From Candidatus Kaiserbacteria bacterium (GTDB lineage: Bacteria > Patescibacteriota > Minisyncoccia > Phycocordibacterales > UBA2100): a stretch of DNA of 64,000 nt. Of the stretch, positions 1 to 8,848 are shown piece by piece. The notes below the pieces were generated by a model, which made no database searches, had not been told where the DNA came from, and worked only from the letters and a program-made list of their open reading frames with translations. Each line of letters starts with the position of its first letter. Positions within the stretch are counted from its first letter, which is position 1. The stretch spans positions 271,656 through 335,655 of the forward strand of contig JACRFK010000003.1 of the NCBI GenBank assembly GCA_016217925.1, in the 5' to 3' direction. Both the position numbers and the translations under genes were made by a program.

Positions 1-2
1 TG

Positions 3-515
3 CATCTTCCCTATCCCGGCGGGCCACATATCAGTCGTTTGGCTGAAGAAGCAAGAAGCGAGAAGCAAGAGTCCGAAATAAAACTTCCGCGACCGATGTT
101 AAACGAAGACAATATCGACTTTTCTTTTTCCGGACTGAAAACCGCCGTGCTGCGTATCCTTGCGGGTAGTGTGCCCGTTTCCGATACTCTAAAAAAGCGG
201 CTCGCCCGCGAATTCGAAGAGGCTGTCGCCGACGTGCTCGTCGGGAAGACCCTCCGCGCCGCCGAAAGGTACGGCGCGGGCACAGTAGTAACCGGTGGCG
301 GCGTCTCAGCCAATCTGTACATCCGCCGGCGCCTTGCTGACTCCCTCGCGGAAGCGGGCGCGAAATTGCTCGTCTGCCAGCCGGAATTCGCGACAGACAA
401 CGCCGTGATGATAGCGCTCGCAGGCTACTTCCATGCGCAGAAGCGTGAGTATGCGAATCCCGATATTCTGAAGGCGACCGGCAACCTGCGGCTCGGAAAC
501 GCCAACGCCTCCTAG
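3..515 (+). CDS. tsaD: tRNA N6-adenosine threonylcarbamoyltransferase TsaD, 5'-truncated by the window edge
   Basis: LPYPGGP, FSFSGLKTA, GGVSAN and TDNAVMIA motifs. Confidence 0.95.
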   Translation, partial: HLPYPGGPHISRLAEEARSEKQESEIKLPRPMLNEDNIDFSFSGLKTAVLRILAGSVPVSDTLKKRLAREFEEAVADVLVGKTLRAAERYGAGTVVTGGGVSANLYIRRRLADSLAEAGAKLLVCQPEFATDNAVMIALAGYFHAQKREYANPDILKATGNLRLGNANAS

Positions 516-865
516 AACAAACCGTCCCCGTACATTAGTGCCCCGATGAAGACGAGCGAGTTCACGGTCAGCCACAGCGAGTAGGCAACGATGATAGGCC
601 GCTCGCGATGCACAAGCCCGTACGCAATCCACGGAATATCGAGCAGTGCCCAAATGCCCCACGATATGCCCGAGAGGCCCGTTGCATCCTGCGTAAGGTA
701 GATTTTCAGGACCTGCGGTATCGAAGCAAGCGGGCCTATGACGCCGACGCCAAGAACGGCCTTGTCGAGTAATCGTTTCCACGGAGTGCGCGCCGGGAAC
801 GGCTCCAGTCCTCCGGATGCCCGCTTGCGGAGATGGAGATGATGAAGCCCTTTCATGTGCTCCAT
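512..865 (-). CDS. SemiSWEET/PQ-loop family small membrane protein
   Basis: three hydrophobic segments; SIPQVLKIY...ATGLS pattern. Confidence 0.7.
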   Translation of the reverse strand: MEHMKGLHHLHLRKRASGGLEPFPARTPWKRLLDKAVLGVGVIGPLASIPQVLKIYLTQDATGLSGISWGIWALLDIPWIAYGLVHRERPIIVAYSLWLTVNSLVFIGALMYGDGLF

Positions 866-915
866 TGTATCCTATGAAATAACGCCGAAACGGGGTCCTG
901 TGATATTATTTCGCG

Positions 916-3234
916 ATGGAACCCTCCAAAGCGCCTGAGCCGTTCCTCAAGCCCTATAACCCCACCGAGCAGGAGCCGCAGATGCTCGCCGCGTGGGAGA
1001 AGAGCGGCTATGCCAATCCGGACGTCTGTATCGAAAAAGGCGTGACCTTGCCCGATGCCGAGGCCTATTCAATAGTATTGCCGCCGCCCAATGTGACGGG
1101 CACGCTCCACATGGGTCACGCCGCGATGCTCGCTATCGAAGACATTCTCATCCGCTACCACCGCATGCGCGGCAAAAGAGCGCTCTGGGTACCGGGCACC
1201 GACAGCGCAGCCATCGCCACGCAGTCGAAGGTTGAAACAGATATTTATAAATCGGAAAAAAAGACGCGGCACGACCTCGGCCGCGAGGAGCTGATGCGCC
1301 GCATTGACGCGTTCGTCGAGGAGAGCAAAACGACGATAATCAATCAGACGAAGAAGATGGGCAGCTCGCTCGATTGGAGCCGCTACGCCTACACGATGGA
1401 TGAGAAGCGGTACGCGGCGGTCATGGAAGCATTTGCGCGTATGTATGATGCGGGGCTTATCTATCGCGGCGACCGCATCGTGAATTGGGACCCGAAGTTG
1501 CAAACGACAGTATCCGACGACGAGATAGAGTACGTCGAACAAAAAGACGCGTTCTATCATTTCAAATACGGACCCTTTGATATTGGTACTGTGCGCCCCG
1601 AGACCAAATTCGGCGATAAGTACGTGGTCATGCATCCTGATGACGAGCGGTACAAGGAGTACAAGCACGGGCAAAAAATCGACCTCGAATGGATAAACGG
1701 ACCGATAACGGCAACGATAATTAAAGACAAGGCGGCGGATATGTCATTCGGCTCGGGCGCGATGACCATCACACCCGCACACTCGGTAATGGACTTCGAA
1801 ATAGCGCAGCGGCACAAGCTGGACATCGAGCGCGTGATAGACGACCGCGGCATCCTTCTAGACATCGCAGGCGAATTCAAAGGGCAGCACATCAAAAAGG
1901 CGCGTGCGGCAATCGTCGAGAAACTGAAAGCAAAAGGGCTGGTTACAAAAGTGGACGAGGGCTACGTACACAATGTGGCGACCAACAGCCGCGGCGGCGG
2001 CATCATCGAGCCGCAGATAAAGCGCCAGTGGTTCATCGCGGTCAACAAAGAGGCAAAGTTTCCTAATGGGAAGACTATGACGCTTAAGCGGGCGATGCGC
2101 GATGCAGTAGAATCGAAAGACACGCAGATACTGCCCGAGCGATTCGAGAAAATTTACTACCACTGGATAGACAATCTGCGCGACTGGTGCATCTCGCGGC
2201 AGATATGGTTCGGGCACCGCATCCCCGTCTGGTACCACGAACCAAAGTGCGTCCCCATCCCCGGACGCGAGGCAGACGTCGAGAAGTGTGTCATGACCAT
2301 TGTTTCGGCAGATGAACCGAAGTGTCAATTTTGCGCAGCAAAATACACGCAAGACCCCGACACGCTCGATACGTGGTTCTCATCCGGTCTCTGGACATTC
2401 TCAACGCTCGGATGGCCCTACTTCGCGCAAAGCGCTACGAAGGACAAGCCCGGACCGGAAAACGACTTGGCGAATTATCATCCTACGGCGGTGCTCGAAA
2501 CAGGGTACGACATCCTTTTCTTCTGGGTGGCGCGCATGATACTCATGTCCACATTCTTGCGCGGCGAAGTCCCCTTCAAGAAAGTCTATCTACACGGCCT
2601 CGTACGCGACGAACAAGGTCGCAAGATGTCTAAATCGCTCGGCAACATTATCGACCCCTTAACGATGATAGAAAAGTACGGCGCCGATGCGACGCGCCTC
2701 TCGCTCGTGATCGGCGCCTCCCCGGGCAACGACCTCAAGCTTTCCGAAGACAAGGTGCGCGGGTACAAACATTTTGCAAATAAAATCTGGAACATCGCCC
2801 GCTTCGTTCTTGAAAATCAGGCCGACGAATCAACTTTACAAAGTAAAGTTGATAACGGTTTAACCGAAGAGGATAAGAAGCTCGTTGAGGAGGCGGAAGC
2901 TGTTGCGAAGGAAGTGTCGGGCAACATCGACGACTTCCGTCTCGACCTTGCAGCCGACTTGGTCTACCACTTCGTCTGGGACCGCTTCGCAGCCGAGATA
3001 CTTGAGGAGTCGAAAGCAATTCTGAAAGGCACCGACGAAAAAGCAGCTGCTTCCCGCCGCCATACGCTATACGCCATACTCAATACTTCCCTACGCCTCC
3101 TCCACCCCTTCATGCCCTTCGTTACCGAAGCCATCTGGCAACAACTCCCCAAATCCCCCTCCGCGCAAGGCTCCGGCGGGACGAGGAAAGAGAGCGACCT
3201 TCTTATGGTCGCCAAGTGGCCCCTACTTCGCTAA
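916..3234 (+). CDS. valS: valine--tRNA ligase (compact; no C-terminal coiled coil)
   Basis: PPPNVTGTLHMGH, DWCISRQIWFGHRIP, KMSKS. Confidence 0.97.
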   Translation: MEPSKAPEPFLKPYNPTEQEPQMLAAWEKSGYANPDVCIEKGVTLPDAEAYSIVLPPPNVTGTLHMGHAAMLAIEDILIRYHRMRGKRALWVPGTDSAAIATQSKVETDIYKSEKKTRHDLGREELMRRIDAFVEESKTTIINQTKKMGSSLDWSRYAYTMDEKRYAAVMEAFARMYDAGLIYRGDRIVNWDPKLQTTVSDDEIEYVEQKDAFYHFKYGPFDIGTVRPETKFGDKYVVMHPDDERYKEYKHGQKIDLEWINGPITATIIKDKAADMSFGSGAMTITPAHSVMDFEIAQRHKLDIERVIDDRGILLDIAGEFKGQHIKKARAAIVEKLKAKGLVTKVDEGYVHNVATNSRGGGIIEPQIKRQWFIAVNKEAKFPNGKTMTLKRAMRDAVESKDTQILPERFEKIYYHWIDNLRDWCISRQIWFGHRIPVWYHEPKCVPIPGREADVEKCVMTIVSADEPKCQFCAAKYTQDPDTLDTWFSSGLWTFSTLGWPYFAQSATKDKPGPENDLANYHPTAVLETGYDILFFWVARMILMSTFLRGEVPFKKVYLHGLVRDEQGRKMSKSLGNIIDPLTMIEKYGADATRLSLVIGASPGNDLKLSEDKVRGYKHFANKIWNIARFVLENQADESTLQSKVDNGLTEEDKKLVEEAEAVAKEVSGNIDDFRLDLAADLVYHFVWDRFAAEILEESKAILKGTDEKAAASRRHTLYAILNTSLRLLHPFMPFVTEAIWQQLPKSPSAQGSGGTRKESDLLMVAKWPLLR
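2416..2448 (+). repeat. palindromic repeat family C, in-frame inside valS
   Basis: ccctacttcgcgcaaagcgctacgaaggacaag; similar to 3221-3250. Confidence 0.7.
3154..3185 (+). repeat. diverged family C-like hairpin inside valS
   Basis: tccccctccgcgcaaggctccggcgggacgag encodes the SPSAQGSGGTR stretch. Confidence 0.5.
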
Positions 3235-3250
3235 AGCTACGCAGGGCAAG
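3221..3250 (+). repeat. palindromic repeat family C containing the valS stop codon
   Basis: ccctacttcgcTAAagctacgcagggcaag. Confidence 0.7.
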
Positions 3251-3276
3251 CCTGTAAACGTCGTATAATGTGAACA

Positions 3277-4020
3277 ATGTCTGAACTTGAGCCGATTATC
3301 GCAGCGTTTGCAGGAGGGGTACTTCCCGCTCTCGCGTGGCTGTGGTTCTGGCGGCGCGAAGACAGCGTACACCCCGAGCCACGTCGGCTCATCGCGCTCG
3401 CATTTCTCGCGGGTATGGTCGCGGTTGCCGTCGTCATCCCTATCGAGAAATATGCCGCCTTGTTCCTGAAATCACAGGAACTGTGGGTCCTCACCGCCGC
3501 AAGTACGACCACGCTCACCTTCATCATCTGGTCGGGCATGGAAGAGGTCATCAAATTTGTAATGGCGAAGCTTACCGTGCTGCGCCGCCGCGACGACGAT
3601 GAGCCCATCGACCCGGTCATTTACATGGTCACCGTCGCGCTCGGCTTCGCGGCGGCGGAAAACACGCTCTTCCTCCTCTCACCACTCTCGGGCGATTCGC
3701 TGCTGCAGACGGTACTCACCGGTAATTTGCGGTTCGTCGGCGCGACGCTTCTGCATGTGCTCTCATCGGCCGTCATCGGTGTCGCGCTCGGCATGTCCTT
3801 CTACAAGTCGCGCGCTTCCAAGCGCGTCTATGTGCTTGTCGGAGTTATCCTCGCTATCCTTTTGCACAGTACCTTCAACTTCCTTATACTGAATACACCC
3901 GAGGAACACCTGCTGCGTACCTTCGGGCTTGTCTGGCTGGGGCTCATTGTGCTCCTTGCCGTGCTAGAATACATAAAACGTATACATCCTCTAATAAAAA
4001 AATCAGTATGGCGCTCATGA
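3277..4020 (+). CDS. prsW: PrsW family intramembrane metalloprotease
   Basis: multi-TM; EEVIK, GFAAAEN, H...HSTFN motifs. Confidence 0.88.
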   Translation: MSELEPIIAAFAGGVLPALAWLWFWRREDSVHPEPRRLIALAFLAGMVAVAVVIPIEKYAALFLKSQELWVLTAASTTTLTFIIWSGMEEVIKFVMAKLTVLRRRDDDEPIDPVIYMVTVALGFAAAENTLFLLSPLSGDSLLQTVLTGNLRFVGATLLHVLSSAVIGVALGMSFYKSRASKRVYVLVGVILAILLHSTFNFLILNTPEEHLLRTFGLVWLGLIVLLAVLEYIKRIHPLIKKSVWRS

Positions 4021-4514
4021 AAAAATCCGGCTTTTTCTCCCGACTCACCGGAAAGACCGACGACGATTACGGTGATTTCTTCGACGGCACCGGCTCCCAC
4101 CCTGCAGTATTCGAGGGCGAGGGCGAAGAGCGGCATGCACACATCAATACCCGCGACGAGGGCTGGGCGGGGGGTGATGAGCCCAAAGGCGAGCTTGCGG
4201 TAGACATCTATCAGACACCTGACGCGATTGTGGTCAAAGCGCTCGTGGCAGGCGTGCAGCCCACATCAATAGATATTTCTCTCACCCGCGAAATGCTCAC
4301 TATCTCCGGCATGCGCGAAGACGAGCGCGAAGTGGAGGAGGACAACTACTTCCAGCGCGAACTCTACTGGGGTTCCTTCTCCCGCACCATTCTTTTGCCT
4401 GAAGAAGTGGATGTGGATATCGCAGAGGCCTCCGAAAAGCACGGCATCCTTATGATTAGGCTCCCGAAAATCAATAAAAAACGACAAACTAAGTTAAAAG
4501 TGCGTAGCAGATAA
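4008..4514 (+). CDS. Hsp20/alpha-crystallin small heat shock protein
   Basis: ELYWGSFSRTILLP...GILMIRLPK. Confidence 0.92.
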   Translation: MALMKKSGFFSRLTGKTDDDYGDFFDGTGSHPAVFEGEGEERHAHINTRDEGWAGGDEPKGELAVDIYQTPDAIVVKALVAGVQPTSIDISLTREMLTISGMREDEREVEEDNYFQRELYWGSFSRTILLPEEVDVDIAEASEKHGILMIRLPKINKKRQTKLKVRSR

Positions 4515-4562
4515 TACCGACGCCGGAGACTCTTTCGAGACCTCCGGCGTGACTGTTGTGGG

Positions 4563-4742
4563 TCATCGCAACAGGACGATGATTGCGATTGCGGCGGCGA
4601 CGGCCAACGCCCCCGTTTCGGCCATCAGCCTCGGTCTTTGGGTCCAGTCCCAAAGCGGGTAACCGTAAGCCCGATCCAGCCGCGTCAGCAGGGCCGCCAT
4701 CAGTACGATGCTGGCTAGAACAATTAACGAATTCGTGAGCAT
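4563..4742 (-). CDS. small two-helix membrane protein, 59 aa (MLTNSLIVLASIVLMAALL...)
   Basis: read manually, below the ORF-track cutoff; GGAGG upstream of ATG; two hydrophobic segments. Confidence 0.55.
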   Translation of the reverse strand: MLTNSLIVLASIVLMAALLTRLDRAYGYPLWDWTQRPRLMAETGALAVAAAIAIIVLLR

Positions 4743-4818
4743 GTGCGCCTCCGATTCAGCGATGAGCGTGAATTTTGATAGCCACGATATTCATACATCC
4801 GATAGGTGTGATTTGCAA

Positions 4819-4845
4819 CTACTCATCCACGAGGCCGAGGCGGTA
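4819..4845 (-). pseudogene. orphan copy of the 3' end of the PD-(D/E)XK gene (YRLGLVDE*)
   Basis: functional gene ends YRLGLLDD*; orphan abuts the 4846-4890 palindrome. Confidence 0.75.
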
Positions 4846-4890
4846 GTCCCGACGTTTCAGTCGGGACCCCGACCGCTTCGCGCGTCGGGG
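4846..4890. repeat. double-hairpin repeat family E (GTCCCGAC..GTCGGGAC CCCGAC..GTCGGG)
   Basis: two adjacent stems; related copy inside gyrB at 43466-43498. Confidence 0.7.
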
Positions 4891-4893
4891 ATG

Positions 4894-5757
4894 TCAATCG
4901 TCAAGGAGACCTAGACGATAAATATCAAAAGAATTCTCGCCCTCGAACATGTCGGAAGGATTCGGGAGGTAGATGCGGCGGCGGGATATCTCGGTGGTTG
5001 CGTCGTTGATGAGCCGGTGAAAGATCTCGAATTCCTCCGAGACGGTTGTGTAGTCGATGATGTAGCGGCGCATTTGCGACGAGCCGTCGGCGTTCTTCCT
5101 TTTCTTGCATTCTTGCACGATAAACCTGCGCACCTCTTTGCCGTACTTTTGTTTGACCGTGTAGTAATTGAATATAGCTTGCATGACGAACAGGGTCTTC
5201 TGCCCGCGGCCCTTGCTGAAGGTGTCCACGAACTTGTGGTCCACGATGTCGAGCGCCCCCGGCTGCAGGCGTGATTCGACGACGAGGTCCGAAACTGCCT
5301 TGATGGGAAGCGGCAGGCCCTCGACATGCGCGAGGGCGACCACCTCGACGCCGAGCACTTTGTGCTTGGGCGCTCGCGCGAGGTAGAACTGAATCGCCTG
5401 CAGATAGTCACGCTCCATGTGAGCACGCTTTTCTTTTTGTGCGCGACGCGACTTTGCTTTGCCGAAATTAATCTCAAAATCCGCAACGTTGCGTAGGTAT
5501 TCGAGCCCCAGCTCCACCGAGCCTTCTTTTCCTCCGGGGGAGGATCCACCTCCGGCGGACCCTATCCCGCCATAATAGTGCTGAAGCGCCACATGCGCTG
5601 CACGACCAACAAGAGAAGAGGGATTGGCGGGTGTATCGTAGACTTTTTCGACGTAGCGCTTGTACCACGCGAGCGGATTGCGCAAAAATGCCATGAGCGA
5701 AGAATGGCTCCAGTGCTGTATGGGCAATGCCGTCTTGAGGCGGGCTTTCTTCTTCAT
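4894..5757 (-). CDS. PD-(D/E)XK nuclease superfamily protein (alternative start 5775)
   Basis: WSHSSL...P...G..H N-terminus; SDL...IVDHK catalytic-like motif. Confidence 0.7.
   Translation of the reverse strand: MKKKARLKTALPIQHWSHSSLMAFLRNPLAWYKRYVEKVYDTPANPSSLVGRAAHVALQHYYGGIGSAGGGSSPGGKEGSVELGLEYLRNVADFEINFGKAKSRRAQKEKRAHMERDYLQAIQFYLARAPKHKVLGVEVVALAHVEGLPLPIKAVSDLVVESRLQPGALDIVDHKFVDTFSKGRGQKTLFVMQAIFNYYTVKQKYGKEVRRFIVQECKKRKNADGSSQMRRYIIDYTTVSEEFEIFHRLINDATTEISRRRIYLPNPSDMFEGENSFDIYRLGLLDD
5530..5559 (-). repeat. family A 30-bp double hairpin, in-frame (SAGGGSSPGG)
   Basis: tccgccggaggtggatcctcccccggagga on the minus strand. Confidence 0.9.
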
Positions 5758-5814
5758 GTGATTTTGCGAAATCATGCCGCGTAATCGTCTATTAAAACGC
5801 GGCCTTATAGTATA
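5755..5814 (-). promoter_or_regulatory. -10 box plus conserved structured 5' leader shared with the pfkB-like gene
   Basis: TATACT-5nt-gccgcgt/acgcggc stem-atgatttcgcaaaatcacATG; same layout at 57235-57293. Confidence 0.7.
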
Positions 5815-5824
5815 TACTGGACCG

Positions 5825-5944
5825 ATGGCAAAACGAGCAAGTCAGGATATTAAGAACAAAAAGTCGCGTTCGCGAAAGACGAAGAAACGCCTCGCAGCCA
5901 AGCGGGCTATGCTCGCCGCCCGCAAGGCAAAGAAGCGCCGTTAA
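5825..5944 (+). CDS. 39-aa highly basic small protein (MAKRASQDIKNKKSRSRKTKKRLAAKRAMLAARKAKKRR)
   Basis: read manually; TATACT 6 nt before ATG; hairpin and T-tract after the stop. Confidence 0.65.
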   Translation: MAKRASQDIKNKKSRSRKTKKRLAAKRAMLAARKAKKRR

Positions 5945-5997
5945 CAGAGCGGCGTTTTTCTTTGGACAAACACGGGGCAAGAAGGTAGCATTCGGCG

Positions 5998-6840
5998 ATG
6001 AAAGGAGAGCCGTCCGTTTTACGAAATTCCGGGAAGGCGGAGCTCAGTGAACGGTGGGAGCGGAATTTAGAAGTGGTCAACGAATGCATGGCCGCCGCAT
6101 CTAGCGTATTTGAATCCACCATTCGTACAAAGGGCTTCGACGACACGGTCCGGGATAGGGGTTTTTTGACGGAGGTTTGGAGCCACGGTGAGAAGCGGGA
6201 AGCGCTCGCTGAAGTACTGTTCGGCCTGCGACCGGAAAAGAACATCGGGGCCCTGCAAGCGACAATCAATGGTAAAAGGATCCTCGTCGTCGGCGGTGGC
6301 GCCTCCATGGACGACCTCCTGTCCGATAACCGGTTCGCGCCCGCTCTTTTGCTAAACGTCGACCCCTTTTTGGTCGAAGAAAAACCGGCGCGGGGAGCGG
6401 CAGGCTATTACCGCTCTTTGCCGCTCGATGCCGCATCGGCCGACTTTTTACAGGCCCTTCAGGCCGGGGGGCATGATACATTCGATGAGATATGGGCGAC
6501 GTGGAGCGTCCCCCATTATTGCAAGACACCCGACGAAGTTGCCCGGTACTTTGCGAACATGTTCAAAGCACTGGAGCCGGGCGGCACTCTGCGTATTTGC
6601 CCGGTCACGTTCGTCGTAGACCCGATGCCGCCAATCGTTCGGACTGCGGTTGTCGCGGAGCTTGCATCAGCGCTGTCCGCGAGCTTGAGGACGCTCGCAC
6701 AAATGCCCAATGTGGAAATGTCGCGGCACGACAACACGCTTCCCGACGGTAGAATTCTGCCGGAACTTTCCACGCTTATCATTCACAAAACTGCCTTTGG
6801 AAACGATCGACATTTGGACAAAGCCGGAGCGGGGGTATGA
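5998..6840 (+). CDS. class I SAM-dependent methyltransferase-like protein
   Basis: ILVVGGG, NVDP, FDEI...LEPGG motifs. Confidence 0.6.
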   Translation: MKGEPSVLRNSGKAELSERWERNLEVVNECMAAASSVFESTIRTKGFDDTVRDRGFLTEVWSHGEKREALAEVLFGLRPEKNIGALQATINGKRILVVGGGASMDDLLSDNRFAPALLLNVDPFLVEEKPARGAAGYYRSLPLDAASADFLQALQAGGHDTFDEIWATWSVPHYCKTPDEVARYFANMFKALEPGGTLRICPVTFVVDPMPPIVRTAVVAELASALSASLRTLAQMPNVEMSRHDNTLPDGRILPELSTLIIHKTAFGNDRHLDKAGAGV

Positions 6841-6902
6841 AAGAAAGGCGCCCGTATTCCGTCCTCATGTAGGTAAGGCTTAAAAGCTAATTGTGTAAAC
6901 AT

Positions 6903-7178
6903 ATGACATTTACTCTCGTTTTGGGCGCGTTGCTCGGAGCCTTCGCGGTCGTCTTTGCGATGGACAACAGCGCACTCGTCACGGTGCATTTACTATCGTG
7001 GGAAGTAACCGCGCCGCTTGCAATTATACTTATGTCCGCAGTGGTGCTTGGTATTCTTGTGGTACTTATTGCAATGATCCCGCGGGCCATACAGCGCACG
7101 ATGGAGGAATACGCTGTTCGCCGCGAAAAGAGAAAGGTGGAGCTGGCCATGGTGAGAGAACAATCTCAGGCCGTCTGA
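6903..7178 (+). CDS. LapA-domain small membrane protein
   Basis: VFAMDN..VTVHLL.W....PL pattern, two TM segments, charged tail. Confidence 0.65.
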   Translation: MTFTLVLGALLGAFAVVFAMDNSALVTVHLLSWEVTAPLAIILMSAVVLGILVVLIAMIPRAIQRTMEEYAVRREKRKVELAMVREQSQAV

Positions 7179-7258
7179 TTTGGCAAACCTGAGATGGGGG
7201 TATAGGATTGCGTTCCGGTCACTCTTTCACGACCGAGCTACAGGGGAGAAAACTGAAG

Positions 7259-7585
7259 ATGTCGATGGATTCAAGCCTGAGGCGGCAGAAGCCTCACGCA
7301 ATGTCGAAGGCCACACCCGGCCAGGCCCGCAGTGCTCCGCGTAAGCGGGCACGCCAACGCGAGAACGCCGCATGGTGGATTGCCGAAGCGGCAAAGGCCG
7401 GCGTGACCGTGCTGAAATTCCGCCAGATGTGCGCCGTCGCTACGGCCGGAATGGGCGTCCCGCATCACGTCGTGAAGATATCGCGGGGTTACTCCCAGTA
7501 CGAGCTGGAGCCGGTGGTCCATAGCACCCGGAGCAGCTACGCTGGCTCCGGCGGCTCGCGCTTCTTCGGCGGCAACTACCGCTGA
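7259..7585 (+). CDS. hypothetical protein
   Basis: ORF with host-like codons, followed by a hairpin and T-tract. Confidence 0.5.
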   Translation: MSMDSSLRRQKPHAMSKATPGQARSAPRKRARQRENAAWWIAEAAKAGVTVLKFRQMCAVATAGMGVPHHVVKISRGYSQYELEPVVHSTRSSYAGSGGSRFFGGNYR

Positions 7586-7670
7586 CGTCGCATTACCTCG
7601 CGTCGTTCAGTCAACAAGATCCGGCCGGGCCCAGTGCCCGGCCGCTCGTTTTTAATATATTTGGACAACT

Positions 7671-7746
7671 ATTCGCTTATTCGCGCGAATTAGAGAATAG
7701 CGGAGTCCCTATTTCGACCCCAGTAGTAGAGCAAAGCTCTACGGGG
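7671..7746. repeat. cluster of intergenic palindromes
   Basis: attcgcgcgaat-centred palindrome and cccc..gtagagc-aaa-gctctac-gggg hairpin. Confidence 0.5.
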
Positions 7747-7808
7747 CTAGGAAAACCTAGGGCGGGAGTATTTCTAGACAAATATTCATGAGGGGGTAGC
7801 ATTTCGCT

Positions 7809-8258
7809 ATGGCTATCGTGTTCGAAACGAATAACTTCTTAATCGTCGCGCCCGAAAAACCCCATGTGTCTCGATCTGACGGAGGCCACCTTGTCGTTGT
7901 GCCGAAAGTCGAGGTCGAGGACAGAACAAAACTGACGGCTCCCCTGGCGATCGAGCTAATGAAACTAACCATGCTTAGCGGAGAAGCGTTGCGTACGGTC
8001 ATGACCACGCGCGGCATCGAAATTGGCCGAATCAACTACCAAGACAACGGCAACTGGACACCGCATCTTCATATTCATATCTACGGGCGCGCGAAAGGCG
8101 CTGTATTGCAGCCTTACGGTACCCCCCTTCACTCTCCCGCGACTCGCAAAGAATTTGAGGCTATGCCTACGCTTGAGCCTCTCAATGAGGATGATGTCGC
8201 CGAGATAAAGTCGGAGATTGGCAGACTCCTACAATCAGAAAAATATCGCAATTTCTAA
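7809..8258 (+). CDS. HIT family hydrolase
   Basis: GHLVVVPK and HLHIH histidine triad. Confidence 0.85.
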   Translation: MAIVFETNNFLIVAPEKPHVSRSDGGHLVVVPKVEVEDRTKLTAPLAIELMKLTMLSGEALRTVMTTRGIEIGRINYQDNGNWTPHLHIHIYGRAKGAVLQPYGTPLHSPATRKEFEAMPTLEPLNEDDVAEIKSEIGRLLQSEKYRNF

Positions 8259-8297
8259 GTTTTGGACAAACCTTAGGCGAACAGGTAGCATCTAAAA

Positions 8298-8831
8298 ATG
8301 GACATTAGAATACGCGACGCGGTGCCGGACGACGCTGAGGCGGTAGAACAAGTGCGCTACCAAGGTTGGCTTGCCACTTACCCGAACGAAGAATTCCGAA
8401 TCACAAGAGAAGACATCAAGGAACTATTCAGGCCCCAGCTCTCCCCTGAAGGTATCGAGAATCGGCGACATAAGATTTCGGAGGTTCAGAAAACAGGACG
8501 GTATGTCGTCGCCAAAGTGGACGGGAGGATTGTCGGCTTCTGTATCCTCATACGGTACGAAGAAAAGAACCAACTGCGCGGCATTTACGTACTCCCCGGC
8601 TACCAGGGTAAGGGCGTAGGAAAGGCGCTTTGGCAGGAGGTCCGCGCATCCATTGACCCGAAAATGGACACCTATGTCGAGCTGGCTGCCTACAACGCCG
8701 TCGCCATCGGTTTCTATTCAAAGTTCGGCTTCAAGGATACCGGCCGCAGATTCAGTAATGAGAGCCAAAAATTGAAAAACGGGGCGAAAATCCCCGAAAT
8801 GGAGATGCGTTTGGACAAAGCGGGACAGTAG
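8298..8831 (+). CDS. GNAT family N-acetyltransferase
   Basis: IYVLPGYQGKGVG motif A; N..AIGFYSKFGF. Confidence 0.9.
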   Translation: MDIRIRDAVPDDAEAVEQVRYQGWLATYPNEEFRITREDIKELFRPQLSPEGIENRRHKISEVQKTGRYVVAKVDGRIVGFCILIRYEEKNQLRGIYVLPGYQGKGVGKALWQEVRASIDPKMDTYVELAAYNAVAIGFYSKFGFKDTGRRFSNESQKLKNGAKIPEMEMRLDKAGQ

Positions 8832-8848
8832 GTATACGCTGCATTTAT

